The position numbers and the translations under genes are program-made. DNA of 26,321 nt from a virus (Duplodnaviria; Caudoviricetes), in the IMG/VR virus record IMGVR_UViG_3300016263_000839, positions 1 through 26,321 of that record; one strand, given 5' to 3'. Positions within the stretch are counted from its first letter, which is position 1, and every line of letters begins with the position of its first letter. Shown in pieces: positions 25,376-26,321 of this stretch. The notes below the pieces were generated by a model. It did no database searches, was not told the origin of the DNA, and saw nothing but the letters and a program-made list of their open reading frames with translations.

Positions 25376-26118
25376 GCATCAACACTTCAAGCCCCGGCAT
25401 CCTCGGCGGCGGCGGTGCGCCCACTGGCGATCAGGTGTGGGAGGGCCTCGGCGACGCGCTCGCTGCCGACCCGACTCGCATCACCGAGCTCAACAGCGCG
25501 CTCGCGCTTACGCTCACCGAGCAGACCACGCTCTCCGCGTGGACCGCGGGCACCGCTACCGGCGGCGCGTCCGTCTCGCAGGGATCCAGCCCCTCGCGGC
25601 TCGCGTTCGCCGTGCCCGCGAGCGCCGCGGGGGCGCAGTCGGTGACGCGCACGAACCTCCTGCCGGGGCCGTCCGCATGGGACGTGGCGGTGCGAGTGCA
25701 GGTGCTCACCGGCGACGGCAGCGCGTCGACGCGTGTGCGCCTCGTCGCGGGGGTGTCCGCGTCAGACAACGTCACCCTCGAAATCGACACGGACGGCAAC
25801 GCGATCAGCTACCGGGTCGTGAGTTCATCCGCGACGGACATCAGCACGACCACGGGGCCTACCTCGGGGCAGCGCACCGGCGGGCAACTGTGGCTGCGCA
25901 TCCGTGGCGGCGACGCTGGCTACCGCACGCTCTGGGGCGTCGGGAGCGCGGGCGCTCTGCCGACCTCGTGGACGGTGGCGCAGTCGCGGTCGAGCGACGC
26001 CGCGGCGGCGGTGACTTGGGGCGTCCACTGCCAGGTGCTCGTCGGCACGCTCGACACCTCCGTTTCGAGCGGGCTCACGGTCGACGTGCTCGACGTGCAG
26101 GCTGCGAGGTCGCTGTGA
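25372..26118 (+). CDS. Second, shorter fibre/lectin-like protein, 248 aa, paralogue of 24102-25166
   Basis: ATGA overlap; N-terminus MSINTSSPGILGGGG; C-terminal LWLRI...WGV.....LPTSWT matches VWIRL...YWGA.....PPSIWT of the first fibre. Confidence 0.7.
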   Translation: MSINTSSPGILGGGGAPTGDQVWEGLGDALAADPTRITELNSALALTLTEQTTLSAWTAGTATGGASVSQGSSPSRLAFAVPASAAGAQSVTRTNLLPGPSAWDVAVRVQVLTGDGSASTRVRLVAGVSASDNVTLEIDTDGNAISYRVVSSSATDISTTTGPTSGQRTGGQLWLRIRGGDAGYRTLWGVGSAGALPTSWTVAQSRSSDAAAAVTWGVHCQVLVGTLDTSVSSGLTVDVLDVQAARSL

Positions 26119-26321
26119 GGCTCCTCGTCATCGAAGACCAGCCCGCGCTGCTGACCATGGTGGCGTCGCTGCTGCGCGAGGCGGGCCACGACGTGCGCGA
26201 GGCATCGACCGTCGCTGCGGCGCTCTCCGCGCTCGACGAGTCGCTCCCCGAGGCCGTGGTGCTCGACCTCGTCCTCGACGCGCCGTCGGCGGCTCTGCGC
26301 GAGCGCCTGCGCGCGGCGAAG
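26115..26321 (+). CDS. CheY-like response-regulator receiver domain (3' truncated), absent from the ORF track
   Basis: GTG overlapping the previous stop; MRLLVIEDQPALLTMVASLLREAGHDVREASTVAAALSALDESLPEAVVLDLVLD has the acidic pocket E7-D8 and phospho-acceptor D51. Confidence 0.85.
   Translation, partial: MRLLVIEDQPALLTMVASLLREAGHDVREASTVAAALSALDESLPEAVVLDLVLDAPSAALRERLRAAK

Larger units (their letters stand above)
1..26321 (+). mobile_element. Tailed phage/prophage genome segment (Caudoviricetes, siphovirus-like): replication, packaging, head and tail modules
   Basis: TerL motifs; portal-scaffold-capsid-neck-tail tube-chaperone-tape measure synteny; all genes on + strand with frequent stop/start overlaps; no sheath gene. 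Free phage versus prophage cannot be decided (no att site or integrase in the window). Confidence 0.95.

Noticed and set aside
24102-26118. Diversity-generating retroelement or invertible tail-fibre switch
   Set aside because: No reverse transcriptase or recombinase, no near-identical repeat pair differing at adenines, and both fibre genes are in the same orientation.

Overview
The whole window reads as one co-directional (+ strand), very GC-rich segment of a tailed-phage or prophage genome, probably with a long non-contractile tail because no sheath gene is visible. Many genes are tightly coupled through stop/start overlaps. The left part is a replication module: partial DPPY adenine methyltransferase, SF2 helicase, VRR-NUC nuclease, a DCL/DUF3223-HNH-like protein, an unannotated 51-aa ribbon-helix-helix gene, a degenerate Prim-Pol fused to a VapE helicase, and an iteron/AT-rich putative origin at about 4910-5098. 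Then come packaging and head genes (TerS, TerL, portal, scaffold, major capsid protein, decoration), neck genes and tail genes (tube, chaperones with a C CCT TTC -1 frameshift, tape measure, hub, minor tail proteins). The window ends with two paralogous fibre/lectin-like genes that share an N-terminal peptide and a CheY-like receiver-domain gene running off the end. The most notable observations are the receiver domain coupled to the fibre operon, the shared-anchor fibre cassette, the apparently catalytically dead primase beside a structured origin with a G4 motif, a duplicated helicase start bracketing an inserted ORF, the DCL-HNH protein, and putative leaderless promoters. All family assignments are motif recognition by eye; no database search was run. 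No integrase, att site, lysis gene, RNA gene or CRISPR array was seen.
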